Shown here: piece by piece, positions 1 through 11,037 of the stretch
Layout of the letters: the number at the start of each line of letters is the position of its first letter
Position numbering within the stretch: position 1 is the stretch's first letter
From: a virus
Lineage: Duplodnaviria > Caudoviricetes
Virus record (IMG/VR): IMGVR_UViG_3300028591_000070
Coordinates: 128,001-192,000 of that record
DNA: 64,000 nt
Reading direction: 5' to 3' (one strand)
Program-made: the position numbers and the translations under genes
The notes under the pieces: generated by a model
Seen by the model: only the letters and a program-made list of their open reading frames with translations
Told to the model about the DNA's origin: nothing
Databases searched by the model: none

Positions 1-1
1 A

Positions 2-580
2 AGTGGAGAAATTAACTTTACTCGTTCTTTTGATATTACTTTCCGTGAAGATGCTGCTTTCGATTTGAGACGTCGTTTCACTGCATGGCTTTCAGCTGTA
101 GGTGATCCAGTTTCAGGTGGTATCTCAAACTCTACTGGATTCTATGGAAATGTTCAGGTAGCTACAGTAGCTAATGATTTTTATGCATTTACTTCAGTTT
201 ATCCTTCTGGAAATGAAGAAAATGGTAGACAGATTTTCGCTGAATCTGGAGAAATTTCTAATGAATTGGGTAATACCGCTGGTAAACTTTCACCAACAAA
301 ACACACAAACCCAATCATGCTTTGGAACTTCTATCATGTATGGGTATCTAAGGTATCTGGTCCTGCATTTGAAACAAATGGTAGTGGTGCTAATGAAATG
401 ACAGTAACATTCCAGTTCATGGACTGCGATATGCCATTTTTTGCTGGTAATACTCAATTTGACTCTTCTAAGTGGACTGGTATTTCTGGTAGTGATGCAC
501 TTCCTGATATGTATAAGACTATTGGCGACAAGAATGCTTTAATGATTGCTAATAACAATGGTACATTCAAAAATCAGTAA
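2..580 (+). CDS. Tail-tube-like (T4 gp19-like) structural protein, 5'-truncated by window edge
   Basis: Frame open from window start. 'FDITFRED..F.LR..F.AW' and C-terminal 'GP.F.....EMTVTFQF' resemble gp19-type tube proteins. Confidence 0.45.
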   Translation, partial: SGEINFTRSFDITFREDAAFDLRRRFTAWLSAVGDPVSGGISNSTGFYGNVQVATVANDFYAFTSVYPSGNEENGRQIFAESGEISNELGNTAGKLSPTKHTNPIMLWNFYHVWVSKVSGPAFETNGSGANEMTVTFQFMDCDMPFFAGNTQFDSSKWTGISGSDALPDMYKTIGDKNALMIANNNGTFKNQ

Positions 581-601
581 TTAAAAAATCTTAAACAAAA
601 T

Positions 602-629
602 AAAAGCTCCTCAAATGAGGAGCTTTTTA
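602..629. terminator. Bidirectional intrinsic terminator
   Basis: aaaagctcctc-aaat-gaggagctttt between convergent genes. Confidence 0.85.
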
Positions 630-630
630 T

Positions 631-1231
631 TTATGATAAAACTAATGTTGGAAAACCTTCCTTATCTAAGATAAGGTCTCCATTAGTGAAGCAATGTAGG
701 AGTGTTTCAAGTACTACATCATGAGGTACTCTTAGAATCATGGATATTCTAAGTGAGTCTAGCCCTCCTAAGCATAACTCAACAATCTTGGCAATAAGCT
801 GACGATAATTACTTTGTTTCATTTTTCTTTTTCAACATTTCATAGTAATATTCTGGACAGAACCATTTATCATCATCTTCCAAGAAATTGGCTATAGCAT
901 ATATGCCATTATCATCGCTAAATACTCTACAAGGTTTATTTAGTAGTGAGCTTAATCCAACTTCTTCATCAAAGCCAAATAAACGAATAAAGTTTGAAAT
1001 AAAATTACCTGCTCCTACATCACTCCAACCTTTATCAGAATTACCAGTTAAAACAGGACTCATATATCCTTGAGCCCCAACTCCATAAGAAACATTATAT
1101 TTTAAAACCAAAAATGATCTAAATAATGCAACATCTACATATTGAATTTGAGCATTCTTTATTTTAGCTTCTGGATGAGCATCTTGAAGATATTCTCTCA
1201 TAAAATTTTCAGAAATATAGCAAGTTTCCAT
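631..1231 (-). CDS. Two hypothetical proteins (809-1231, 631-822)
   Basis: Tightly packed/overlapping ORFs, no recognisable motif. Confidence 0.6.
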
Positions 1232-1816
1232 TTATTTCAACTCCTTTAAGACATCTTTCCAAGTATTACATTTTACTAGATTTTCATTTAGGTCTTTTAC
1301 TTTTGTGAAATCCATCTCAAGAATTTCATCCTGTTGATAGCCATAAGTTCCAAATAAAATTTTTTTATATCGGTCTTTATTACCTAATAAACATAAAGGT
1401 TTATCATCAATAATTACTGAGCCTCTTCTTCCAACCATTCCTTTATCAAAGGCTGATAAGAAACAAGTTTGATATTCACATGGCATATTTTGCTCAAGCC
1501 ATTCTAGAAGAGGTTCATAAGCTCCCCTTTCTCGACGAGAACAAACAATAATATTATAGGTTTTTGATAATTCAGCAATAGCTTCTTTTGCATATTCATC
1601 AGTCCATTCAAGAAACTCATACATTTTAGGGTCACTAAAATATGAAAGACATTCCACTAAATCTTCCTTATTAATATAAGGCGAAAAGTTCCATTTTAGG
1701 TCTTCTCTCTTAAATGGAATACCATTTAATCGATGGCGCTCGTTAAAAAGATTATAAATTCTTTCGCTTGAGGCCGCTATTGTTCCATCAAAATCTATAA
1801 TTAAATCTCTTTTCAT
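1232..1816 (-). CDS. HAD-family 5'(3')-deoxyribonucleotidase (NT5C-like)
   Basis: HAD motif I 'IDFDGTI' and motif IV 'IIDDKP'. Confidence 0.8.
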   Translation of the reverse strand: MKRDLIIDFDGTIAASSERIYNLFNERHRLNGIPFKREDLKWNFSPYINKEDLVECLSYFSDPKMYEFLEWTDEYAKEAIAELSKTYNIIVCSRRERGAYEPLLEWLEQNMPCEYQTCFLSAFDKGMVGRRGSVIIDDKPLCLLGNKDRYKKILFGTYGYQQDEILEMDFTKVKDLNENLVKCNTWKDVLKELK

Positions 1817-1973
1817 CTACCTTTTTGAACTATTCTCCAATAATGGTCCATTGCTTCTTTAGGATTTTCATAAAAATAAAATAAGCCTAAATACTTTTGA
1901 CAAACCAAATATTTTGTAGGTGTTTGCCAAAGTTCAACAATACATTCACTATTGCTTCTTAGTAATCTCCAAT

Positions 1974-4900
1974 TTAACATATTCCTAACCTCTTAATAAG
2001 AGCTAGCGGATTACACTGAGGATGGCATCTTATAACATAGGTTATACCTTTTGAAGAAACAAATTTATATCGTGGCATAGGAGCTATCCCATCTTTACCA
2101 CAAACATCACACATTTCGGTAATAACCGGTTCTTTTTTCTCCTCAACTACTTTCCCACCAAACCAGCTGCTCATAAGTAAATTAGTTTTATAAAGTCTCT
2201 ATTATCTCATTAAGCCAGTGTGTAAAATTTTCAGGATGGTCTTCATCGAACGCTGAAATCTTTAATAAAGTATCTTCACATCCAATCACAAAATCAATAA
2301 CATAGGTTTCATATGCTCCACCAGATACTTTGGAAATTTTAATCCAATCATCTTCTGTAGTATCAGATACATAAAAAATAGAGTCCAACTTATCAAAAGA
2401 TTCTGGGTCATAGTGATAACCATTGATTTTTAATTTTGTCAAAATTTCTGGCATATTTATTTATATTAACTCCTAATCTCCGTTTCTGAATAATAATTTA
2501 ACAGAACCTTTATCAGATTTTATAATTGATAAAATTGGGTTATCTAAAACAATATCGCTTGCGCAATGGTCGCATTCTGTTAAAACTTCAATAGCATGAA
2601 CTGCTAATCCTGCATTCGCAGCTAATTGGCATGCAGATTCTAAATCTGCTACTGTTTTTATTTTATAATCCATGTTTTTAAACTTCTCCTAAATATCCTT
2701 TGCAATAAGTCTCAATTGATTTTTCTACTTGTTTAGAGATCTGAGTACCTCTAGGCTCAGTCATATCAAAAAGGCCTATACATAAAGTATAATCGAAGTT
2801 TTGTTTTATCACCACAGCAAGATATTCCCAAAGATTTTTAGGTTCAGTGAAACTTGCTGGATGCAAAGCATATAAGAAAGCTCTACCATTCTCAAATTCA
2901 AGTGAGACAAGACCTGCCTCATTAAAGAAATCTTTAATTAAACTTACAACAAGCTCTGCAGCAGATTTTATATCCGCCATCTTGTATCTTGTATTAGAAT
3001 ACGTCTCAGTAAAATGATGCCCAACAGCGCATACTATCGCGTTAATAACATCTTCTTCTGGTGTAGATTGTTCTTTCGTAGGAGTTAAAAGTGCTACATA
3101 TTTTTCTAAATCTGCAACTCTTTTTTCAAGTGCATCTACTCTTTCTTCTAACAGTTTATTACCCATTATATTACTCCTTCATTTTCCATTTTATGGTAGT
3201 CGGCTATTTTTTTGCACATTTCCCAAATAATAGGATGATATTCGCCTATTACTGTTGAACTTACATCATCCCAAAAAAATGTAGCAAATCCATTTTCTTT
3301 TGCATATTTTACAAACTCTTCTCTTAGAAGAGTAAACTTTCTATCATGAATATTATAAAAATAACTTGGTACTATATAGTCCTTATATAGGCTAATATCA
3401 TGTATTTTTTTACTTATAGGGAACTTAATAATCTCTGGGTAGTTATTTATTCTATTTATAATAGAATTTAATAAACAATCATCAACAGATGAGTAAAATA
3501 TTTGATATTCTTTTTGAGTTTTAACAAAATTTAAATCAAAATCTTTCTTTTCTCGGCGAGCTTTTTTAGCCCATGTGATAGCATCTTTAACATAATAACT
3601 TATATGTTCTTTTTCATGAGAGTCTAAATAAGACTCTTTACTTAGGTTAATTACTTGTTTACCTTCAGATTTACAAAGAGTAGCAATAATATGAGTATAA
3701 TAAGGAATTAAATCTCTAGGCTCCTTAATAGCTACTCTTGCATCATTTAAATAAACTTCTGCATATTTAACTATTGAATCTGGATCGTTATGAGCATTAC
3801 ACCAATCAAAGAAATCACTTTTTCCTGTAAAATTATGTGTTCGTTCTGTCATAGATATTAATAATTTTTCCTTTCTTGAATGCTGTTAAAGCATTATCAT
3901 AATATATGAATTCATCTGTTGGTAAAACATCCGGAGGAGCTTTATAAACCTCAATACCACTATCAAAAGTGCCAATTTTATAAACACCTTTTGGATCGCT
4001 ATTAACTCTTTTAAAATTCTGCGAAAGTTTAATGTAAGCAGATACAGTGCAACCACAAACTATAAAATCTGTCTTTAAGTTTTGTATTATTTCACAAACA
4101 TATTGTGCTTGATTAAAATAAGGTTCTCTAGTATAAGACTCACTTGACCACTTAGCATCTAAGGTTAGAGGTGACCCATCATCTATAATAGAATTATAAA
4201 TCTTTCGTATTGCTAAATATTCAATTTGCAATTGCTCATAATCTTTAAGAAGAGTGGCCATATCAATATACATGCCTGCAGTACCAGCATCTTCAGTTAA
4301 TTTAGAGACCTTATTTCTAGCAATTTCAATAATTGTGGGATTATTGAATTCAAATCTCTCCTCAAATGTCATCTTCTTACAACTTCCTCTACATCCTTAA
4401 GGTCAGAAATAGCATGCATAATTTCTTCTAAGTTTTTATCAGAAGAAACTTTTACATCTAAGTGATATTCTTCTTTATGGAATTCCCATTCATTGATAAG
4501 TTTATTAAGCTTCTCTGAAAAGTTTATCCAAATATCACTGCCTCTTGGTCTACCTAAAATTCTTTTACCTTCTTTTACAAGTTTATATGCTTCTTCAAAA
4601 GAAGAAATAGCTCCACTATCTTCGTCTTCATTTTCAGCTGCTTCTGCTCTGTTGGCATTCCATTTTATTTCTTCAGATTCATTATTGATTCTATAATAGA
4701 AATTACAATCCTTAGTATATTTATCTGCCTCTTCTACTGTAAAGAATGGTCTAATAAGCTTCCATCTTGGATTAATAAAATGAAGATCATTTTGAGCCAT
4801 AGTTATATATTCATTCTTGTCATTGTCAAAATAAACAAACCATTTAGGCTCTTTCTGATGAGTTAAATATCTTCCATATAATGTGGCATTATGCTTACTT

Positions 4901-6298
4901 TGAAAACGAGCAATAAACTTCCAAGAGCTTATTATAGATTCTTTAGGACCTACTACATGATAAACATTTTTGTCATCCTGATAAAGTGCCATTGGATATT
5001 CTTTTACAAGTGCAGTACCACATTCAACAAAACAAGGCTGTGTCTCTTCTAAAATAGTTGTAAACATTATTGTTTCTTCTCCTTTTTTCTAATCCATATA
5101 TTGTATTCTACAGGTGCAGTTAAAATACCAAAACGAGTTGCAATATACTGTTCAAAGTCATAAGTATCTAAAACATTAAAAATATAATCTTTATACCGAC
5201 CTTCTGAAAACTCTTCATATTTAGAAATGTATGCCTTTTCAATTTCGTCCATGGCCTCATAAGTAGGCTCACCATTTTTAATAAATGACAAAAGCTCCGC
5301 ATCTGGAATTGACTCCAAAAATGCAAGAGCTTCAATTACTTCATCGATATGATCTTCTACTGAAAACCCAAGATTCTCGATTTCAGAATATTTATCTATG
5401 ACTTGACTTCTTAATTCTTCCTTTATCATAGATAAATATTAACCTATTAATCTTTAGCTTTTTTAGTAGAAGACTTTCCTTTATAGTTTTCAAGGCTAGC
5501 GCGGCTAACATAGTTGTAAGTCTGATAAAGGAACAAAAACCAATTTGACTCTTCTGAAGGAAGAAGTTTACCTTCTACATCAAACCAATAAGGGAAATCA
5601 GTGTTTTTAATCACCAAAGGTTTATATTCAGTTTTAAGTACATTTGTAACTTTTTCAATTGCTTCTTTTGGAGCATACATAACACCACCCATCACATAAT
5701 ATGGCATGTCAATAAGCTGGCGGAAGAAAACTCCACATAATTCTGGTGATACTTTTTCCCACTTATATTTTTCCAAATCAGTTTTGCGGATATGATAATA
5801 ATTACAATCAATAGGGATTGAATAATTGCCATCTACTTCAACAAGCTGATAGATGTTAAGTTCATCATTAGGACAGTTGAAATTATTAATCGCCTGATAT
5901 TCATCATGGAACTTATCTACAAAGGCTTTCTTTTCCTTTGAATTAGGACGAGCAACAATAGAGTCAACTACTTCCTTAGTTTTTTCATTCCAAATTTTGT
6001 AAATTAATTTTCCCATTTACTTCACCTTCTCGATTTCTTTAATAATATTGCTAAACTCTGTTGGAGTAACTTCAACAAGTTTTTTATCTTTAATTGCTAA
6101 AACCTTAGCAATCTTAGTTTTTGAAATAGGCTTTGCAATATCAATAACTGAGTTTTCAGTAACATCATTACCGATATTGAAAAACATTGACTGACGAAAA
6201 CCAATAAGCTGATTTTCTGCTGCAGGCTCATTGATATTTGCAACAGCAATATATTCAATCAAGTCTTGCTTTGCTGGATTTAAGTTTACCAATTTCAT
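1974..6298 (-). CDS. Run of about 10 small hypothetical phage ORFs (1974-2174, 2188-2454, 2473-2673, 2678-3166, 3166-3852, 3833-4372, 4369-5067, 5067-5429, 5447-6016, 6017-6298)
   Basis: Co-oriented, abutting ORFs typical of phage accessory regions; no function assignable. Confidence 0.65.
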
Positions 6299-6310
6299 AG
6301 TTTATCTCCT

Positions 6311-7672
6311 TTATTTGCTACTTTCAACAAAGCTCATCTGGTAGTAAGCCATATAAGTTTTCAAAACAACTCTCAAACGTTTTGCAACATCCTGAATTGA
6401 GCTTGAACCTTCATAAGAATCTTTCAAGAAGTTTTCAAGGCGAAACATTGCCTCATAATCTGAAGTAAACTCTCCCATCTTTTCAACAGAACCATCTAAG
6501 AAACTGAGTGATTTCTTAATATCTTTTGAATACTTCTTTTCAACTTCTGTCATTGCCAAAGAAATATCTTCATCAATATCTTCAGCATCACCAGATTCAT
6601 AAGCATTCATTGTTTCAAGGATTTTTCCCTGCAAATCTGAAGCATAAACTACAGACTCTTTGTTTCTAAGAGAATTAACTCCACCGGCACAACGCTGAAG
6701 AATTTCACAGCCTTTCTTGTGGATAAGTTCGCGGAACTGATTTATTTGTGTAACACGCTCTTCAGGATCTTCTGACCAAGAGTTTGTTCCACCACCCATC
6801 ATACCATCCATTACCAAAGATACAAAAGAAGGGTCATTACCATCAAGTCCCATAGAATAAAGAGCCTTGAATGCACGACAAATATAAGACATATTACGAC
6901 CTGAGATGAAGTTCAAAACCTGACCAACACCTGTATCATTGTCAGAATACATTCCATCAAATCTCTGATTGTTGAGATTTAATGCGCCAATAGTCTGACC
7001 AACTTTTGAAGAAAGGTCGCGTGGATATTTTTTCCAAAGTCCATGGAAAAATTTATTCATGAGATTTAATACTTTTGTATCGCTTGTTTTTGTTGGCTCA
7101 ATATTTGGAATTTCTGGCCATTCATCATCAACTTCTGCAAAGTCCTGAGTAAATTCATCAATAACATCCAAGTCATTAGATGACTGAAGATTGATGATAC
7201 AAAAACGATTTAATTCTGGAGCCATGATGTCACACCAACCAGGAAGGTTGAGTTTATAGTTTGCAGCTGCACAAATGATACAATCATCAGGAAGTTTACG
7301 ACCACCACGAATTTTGCGTTCAAAGCAAACCTGAAGAAGAGAAGATTGAACTTCAGTTGAAGCTGCAGAAATTTCATCAAAGAAAAGAATAGAAGGAATT
7401 TTTTCTTTTTCCTTAGATTTAATATTGGTGTACCATTCAGGAGCTTTTGCAGTGAGTGATTCACCACCTTCATTTACAAGATAACCAAGAATTTCATCTT
7501 TTGAATACTGTGATCCACATACAGTTTCAACATGATAGCCATTCTTCTTGGCGTATGTATTAATTGTAGTTGTTTTTCCGTAACCCGGATTTGAAATAAA
7601 AATAACTGGTACCTTAGAGCGACGGCTCATTTCCAGCGCATAGATAACAGTATTTCTGAAAGTGTTATTCAT
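6311..7672 (-). CDS. MoxR-like AAA+ ATPase
   Basis: Walker A 'SNPGYGKT', Walker B 'ILFFDEI', sensor 'AAAN', arginine finger 'LNRF'. Confidence 0.85.
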   Translation of the reverse strand: MNNTFRNTVIYALEMSRRSKVPVIFISNPGYGKTTTINTYAKKNGYHVETVCGSQYSKDEILGYLVNEGGESLTAKAPEWYTNIKSKEKEKIPSILFFDEISAASTEVQSSLLQVCFERKIRGGRKLPDDCIICAAANYKLNLPGWCDIMAPELNRFCIINLQSSNDLDVIDEFTQDFAEVDDEWPEIPNIEPTKTSDTKVLNLMNKFFHGLWKKYPRDLSSKVGQTIGALNLNNQRFDGMYSDNDTGVGQVLNFISGRNMSYICRAFKALYSMGLDGNDPSFVSLVMDGMMGGGTNSWSEDPEERVTQINQFRELIHKKGCEILQRCAGGVNSLRNKESVVYASDLQGKILETMNAYESGDAEDIDEDISLAMTEVEKKYSKDIKKSLSFLDGSVEKMGEFTSDYEAMFRLENFLKDSYEGSSSIQDVAKRLRVVLKTYMAYYQMSFVESSK

Positions 7673-8050
7673 ATACTTACCTCTAGTAGAATATACTAGA
7701 AGTAGTAACTAAAATTCAAAAATCTGGATGTCTCCTACAATTTTTATTGTAGTTTTAAATTTATGTTCTTTTAAAAACTTCTGAAAAATTTTACCTTTAT
7801 TTTTGTCAGAGCTATAATAATTTATTTCAGTAGGCAAAATACTGAAATTAAAAAAACTTTCATTATACTCTTCACAAAATTTTTGTATTAACTCTTCTAA
7901 AAAAATTACATCTTTCATATTATATTTAGGTGTTTTTAAATTTTAATTTAAATAGCTTTAATAATTCTACTATCTATTTTTATTTATATCCATCTGAGTA
8001 TGTGACTAGCACTGCTGCAGTCAGCCAATTTTCGGACTTGGAGCGCAGCA

Positions 8051-8111
8051 AAAAGTCTGGAAAGTGGTCATCTTTAAATATAATTTAACAGTGACCACTT
8101 TCCAGACTTTT
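8051..8111. repeat. Perfect 20-bp inverted repeat in divergent intergenic region
   Basis: aaaagtctggaaagtggtca (8051-8070) / tgaccactttccagactttt (8092-8111), with a 21-nt AT-rich spacer. Confidence 0.9.
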
Positions 8112-8180
8112 ATTTTGACAAATATTAAAATAATGTCATTTTCATAAATTAGATTGATTATTAAAGCAACTAATTATTCT

Positions 8181-8477
8181 ATGAAACCTGAATTTGTAGT
8201 ACCTGAAAAACCAGGATATATTTTTTCGCATTGGTCGGCAGTTTCTCCAGATAGTGGAGAAGAACAAACTCCTTTTGATTTTGATCATAATGTTATTTTA
8301 AAAGATACAGTTTTATATGCTGTATTTGTGCCAAAAGTAACTGTTACATTTGAGTCAGAAGGCACAACTTGTGGCTCTGAGGATTTGATGACAGGCGGTA
8401 GAGCTTATGATCCTCTAAGTAATAGCATTGTTCCAGGAGTATGTAAACCTTCTAAGGAATATTATAGAGAGAGTTAA
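8181..8477 (+). CDS. InlB B-repeat (Listeria-Bacteroides repeat/Flg_new)-containing small protein
   Basis: 'PEKPGYIFSHW...PFDF...I.KD..LYAVF' matches the repeat consensus; ATG at 8181 follows an ACTAATTA motif. Confidence 0.7.
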   Translation: MKPEFVVPEKPGYIFSHWSAVSPDSGEEQTPFDFDHNVILKDTVLYAVFVPKVTVTFESEGTTCGSEDLMTGGRAYDPLSNSIVPGVCKPSKEYYRES

Positions 8478-8955
8478 TATGAAATTTTTAGTTGCAGAAC
8501 TTATCTTTCATGATAATACATGGGAAGCTATTGGTCTTTATGACTCTCTTTTAGATGCAAAAGCAGCAGTTTTTGATTTATGTAAAAAAGAAGATAAAGA
8601 TGATATGTGTACTCATACTTTTGAAGTGAAAGATAGAGGATGTTATGATAGACTATCTTATGTGCATAATAAGCCTGAGTGGAGGGAAGGTGACCTTACA
8701 ACAAAAGTCTATGATAATGTTATTTGGTAAAAACAATGACTTATATTATACGAAAAAAGAATTCACCTTATTATGTAAAAGATATGACTCAAAAAGTTGA
8801 TGGAAACTTCGAGATTCTTCATTGGGAAACATCTTTTACAGATGTTAAAGATTTTATTATCTTAAAAATAAAAGGAAAAAAAGAAGCACTTGAAAAAATA
8901 GCTTTATTAAAAAGTATTTTTCCAAAAGAACAAATGGATTTTGAATTAGAACCTT

Positions 8956-9858
8956 ATGGAAAAAAGTAAAACAATTCATATCATAAACTTAGGTCATTAT
9001 TTAGAGAATACTCCATTTGCACAAGATTTATTAAAGCACAATATGGAGATGGAGCCAAATATGGAATGGAGAATATGGACTGAAAAAGATCCAGAAATTC
9101 AAGAAGGCATAGAGTCTTATGTTGGTCCTGTAAGTAAAGGTTATCTTCCATTTTTAGCAGGAGCTTATTTATCACACTATATTTTATACCGTTTTGGTGG
9201 TGTTTACTGCGAGATGGATTATGAATTTAAAATTAAAAACTTTTTCTATGATTTATATCAGAAAGGAGAGGTTATACATAATGCTCCATCTACTTGGTAT
9301 TTTTTAAATTGTAATTGTAATCAAGTTCATTATTTTCCTTATCCTAAGCATGATCTTCTAAAAAGACTATTATGGTTGTTAAATTATAATCAAGAACCAC
9401 TTCATTTAGAAAGTAGTATTGCTAATGATGCAGAAGCTCTTTCTATTAAAAGAGCTTTAGAATTAAAAGCTTTTACACAGAACGAGATTGATGAATTGGT
9501 AAAATCAGCATTATCTAAAAATATTGATAATTGTAAAGTTTTAAATCACTATCAAACACAAGTAGCTGGAAGCTGTAAGAAAATCGTCTTTTGCTCTGCT
9601 TCAACATACTTAAAACTTAAAAAAATAGAAAAATTTAATTTGGAATTTTTTGACAACGAGTATGTAAATTTAAGAATTTTTGAAGATGTTGATATATCTT
9701 ATAAAGAATTACCTAAACGCTATGATTGGGGATATTTAATATCTACAACAAAAGATGTTGAATTATTCAAAACAACATGCCAAAAATATCAAACTTATAA
9801 GAAAGATAAAGTTGTAATTCTAGGACAGGATATAAAGAAACTAATAAATGAAAAATAA
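8956..9858 (+). CDS. GT32/DXD-family glycosyltransferase-like protein
   Basis: 'WRIWTE' and 'ILYRFGGVYCEMDYE' (GT32 LY.YGG.Y.DxD with a D-to-E change). Confidence 0.7.
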   Translation: MEKSKTIHIINLGHYLENTPFAQDLLKHNMEMEPNMEWRIWTEKDPEIQEGIESYVGPVSKGYLPFLAGAYLSHYILYRFGGVYCEMDYEFKIKNFFYDLYQKGEVIHNAPSTWYFLNCNCNQVHYFPYPKHDLLKRLLWLLNYNQEPLHLESSIANDAEALSIKRALELKAFTQNEIDELVKSALSKNIDNCKVLNHYQTQVAGSCKKIVFCSASTYLKLKKIEKFNLEFFDNEYVNLRIFEDVDISYKELPKRYDWGYLISTTKDVELFKTTCQKYQTYKKDKVVILGQDIKKLINEK

Positions 9859-10678
9859 TGTTATTCATATTATAAATTTAAATAATTTTCTTGAACTCAA
9901 TAGATTAGCTCAATATCTATTAAGTCATAATAAAAGTATAGAACCTAATATGGAATTTAAGATTTGGACAGAAAAAGACCAAGATATTAAAGATGCTTTG
10001 GCCTTATGCAAAAATGAATGGCCTTTAGATTTTAAAGCAGGTGTTTTTCTTCCAACTTATATTTTATATAAGTATGGTGGTTTTTATTGTGAAATGGATT
10101 ATGAACTTTTACAGCCAAATTATTTATATAATTTAACCTTAAAAAATCAAAGAATATTAGAAAGTCCACTTTATGAAAATTTATGCATAAATAATGGCTT
10201 TGTTAGTTATTTTCCTACTGCTAATGATTCTTATTTAAGAAGATTATTAGATATATATTTGGAATATTATACCATCGGTAGTGATTGGTTTGTATCTTCT
10301 TTTTCATCAGCAGTTGAATTAGGTTTTTCTAAAAAAGAATTAAATGAATTAAGAGATATTGCGACAGAAAATTTTAAGTATAGCCATGATTATATTTTCC
10401 ATATTAGTAATTTACGTGGTACAAAAGATGTGGTTATTTGTACTTTAAGTCAATTTGAAAAATTATTTTCAAAAAAACAATCGCGAATAAATAGATATTT
10501 TATATATGTTGACGATGAGAAATTATCAGAACAAAAACCTTTAGAAATTAAAGGACTTACACTAGAATATTGGCAAACGCTCTTTTATGATAAAGAGACT
10601 TTAAAAAAATATTATAATTTAATCAAATCTTATACTGATAAGAATATTATCATTATGGATAAGTCTTTAATCAACTAA
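9848..10678 (+). CDS. GT32/DXD-family glycosyltransferase-like protein, paralogue
   Basis: 'FKIWTE' and 'ILYKYGGFYCEMDYE'; clear paralogue of the upstream ORF. Confidence 0.7.
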   Translation: MKNNVIHIINLNNFLELNRLAQYLLSHNKSIEPNMEFKIWTEKDQDIKDALALCKNEWPLDFKAGVFLPTYILYKYGGFYCEMDYELLQPNYLYNLTLKNQRILESPLYENLCINNGFVSYFPTANDSYLRRLLDIYLEYYTIGSDWFVSSFSSAVELGFSKKELNELRDIATENFKYSHDYIFHISNLRGTKDVVICTLSQFEKLFSKKQSRINRYFIYVDDEKLSEQKPLEIKGLTLEYWQTLFYDKETLKKYYNLIKSYTDKNIIIMDKSLIN

Positions 10679-10685
10679 TTAAATT

Positions 10686-11006
10686 ATGAAAAGTAGATAC
10701 GACTTTATGGATGAAAGCGAAGTTATTGATAAAGAAACTGGAGAAAGCTATCCAGACCCATTGTCAATAAACTATAATGAAGGTAAACTTACTATTCTTC
10801 CAATAAATGCAGATGTTTCAAAATATGACCTCGAAAAGTTTTGGCTTTTCATGTATAATCAATATAATACTTTTAACTATGATGATGTTCTCTTAAATGA
10901 GAATAATGTTCCTTATATAAATTGTCTAAATCCAGGTGATAAAATTTATTTACCCAGAGGTGGAGATGTTACCAATTTTATAAGAGAAGCCTCAAATCGA
11001 AAATAG
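10686..11006 (+). CDS. LysM/gp53-like baseplate protein
   Basis: C-terminal 'NNVPYINCLNPGDKIYLP' is LysM-like; directly upstream of the giant structural gene. Confidence 0.5.
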   Translation: MKSRYDFMDESEVIDKETGESYPDPLSINYNEGKLTILPINADVSKYDLEKFWLFMYNQYNTFNYDDVLLNENNVPYINCLNPGDKIYLPRGGDVTNFIREASNRK

Positions 11007-11037
11007 CCAACCCAGTTGAAATTTTACTAATTTATTT

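Noticed and set aside
3833-4372. Major-capsid-like C-terminal motif (KIGTF..GIEVY)
   Set aside because: The similarity is too short and the ORF too small to support a call without a profile search.
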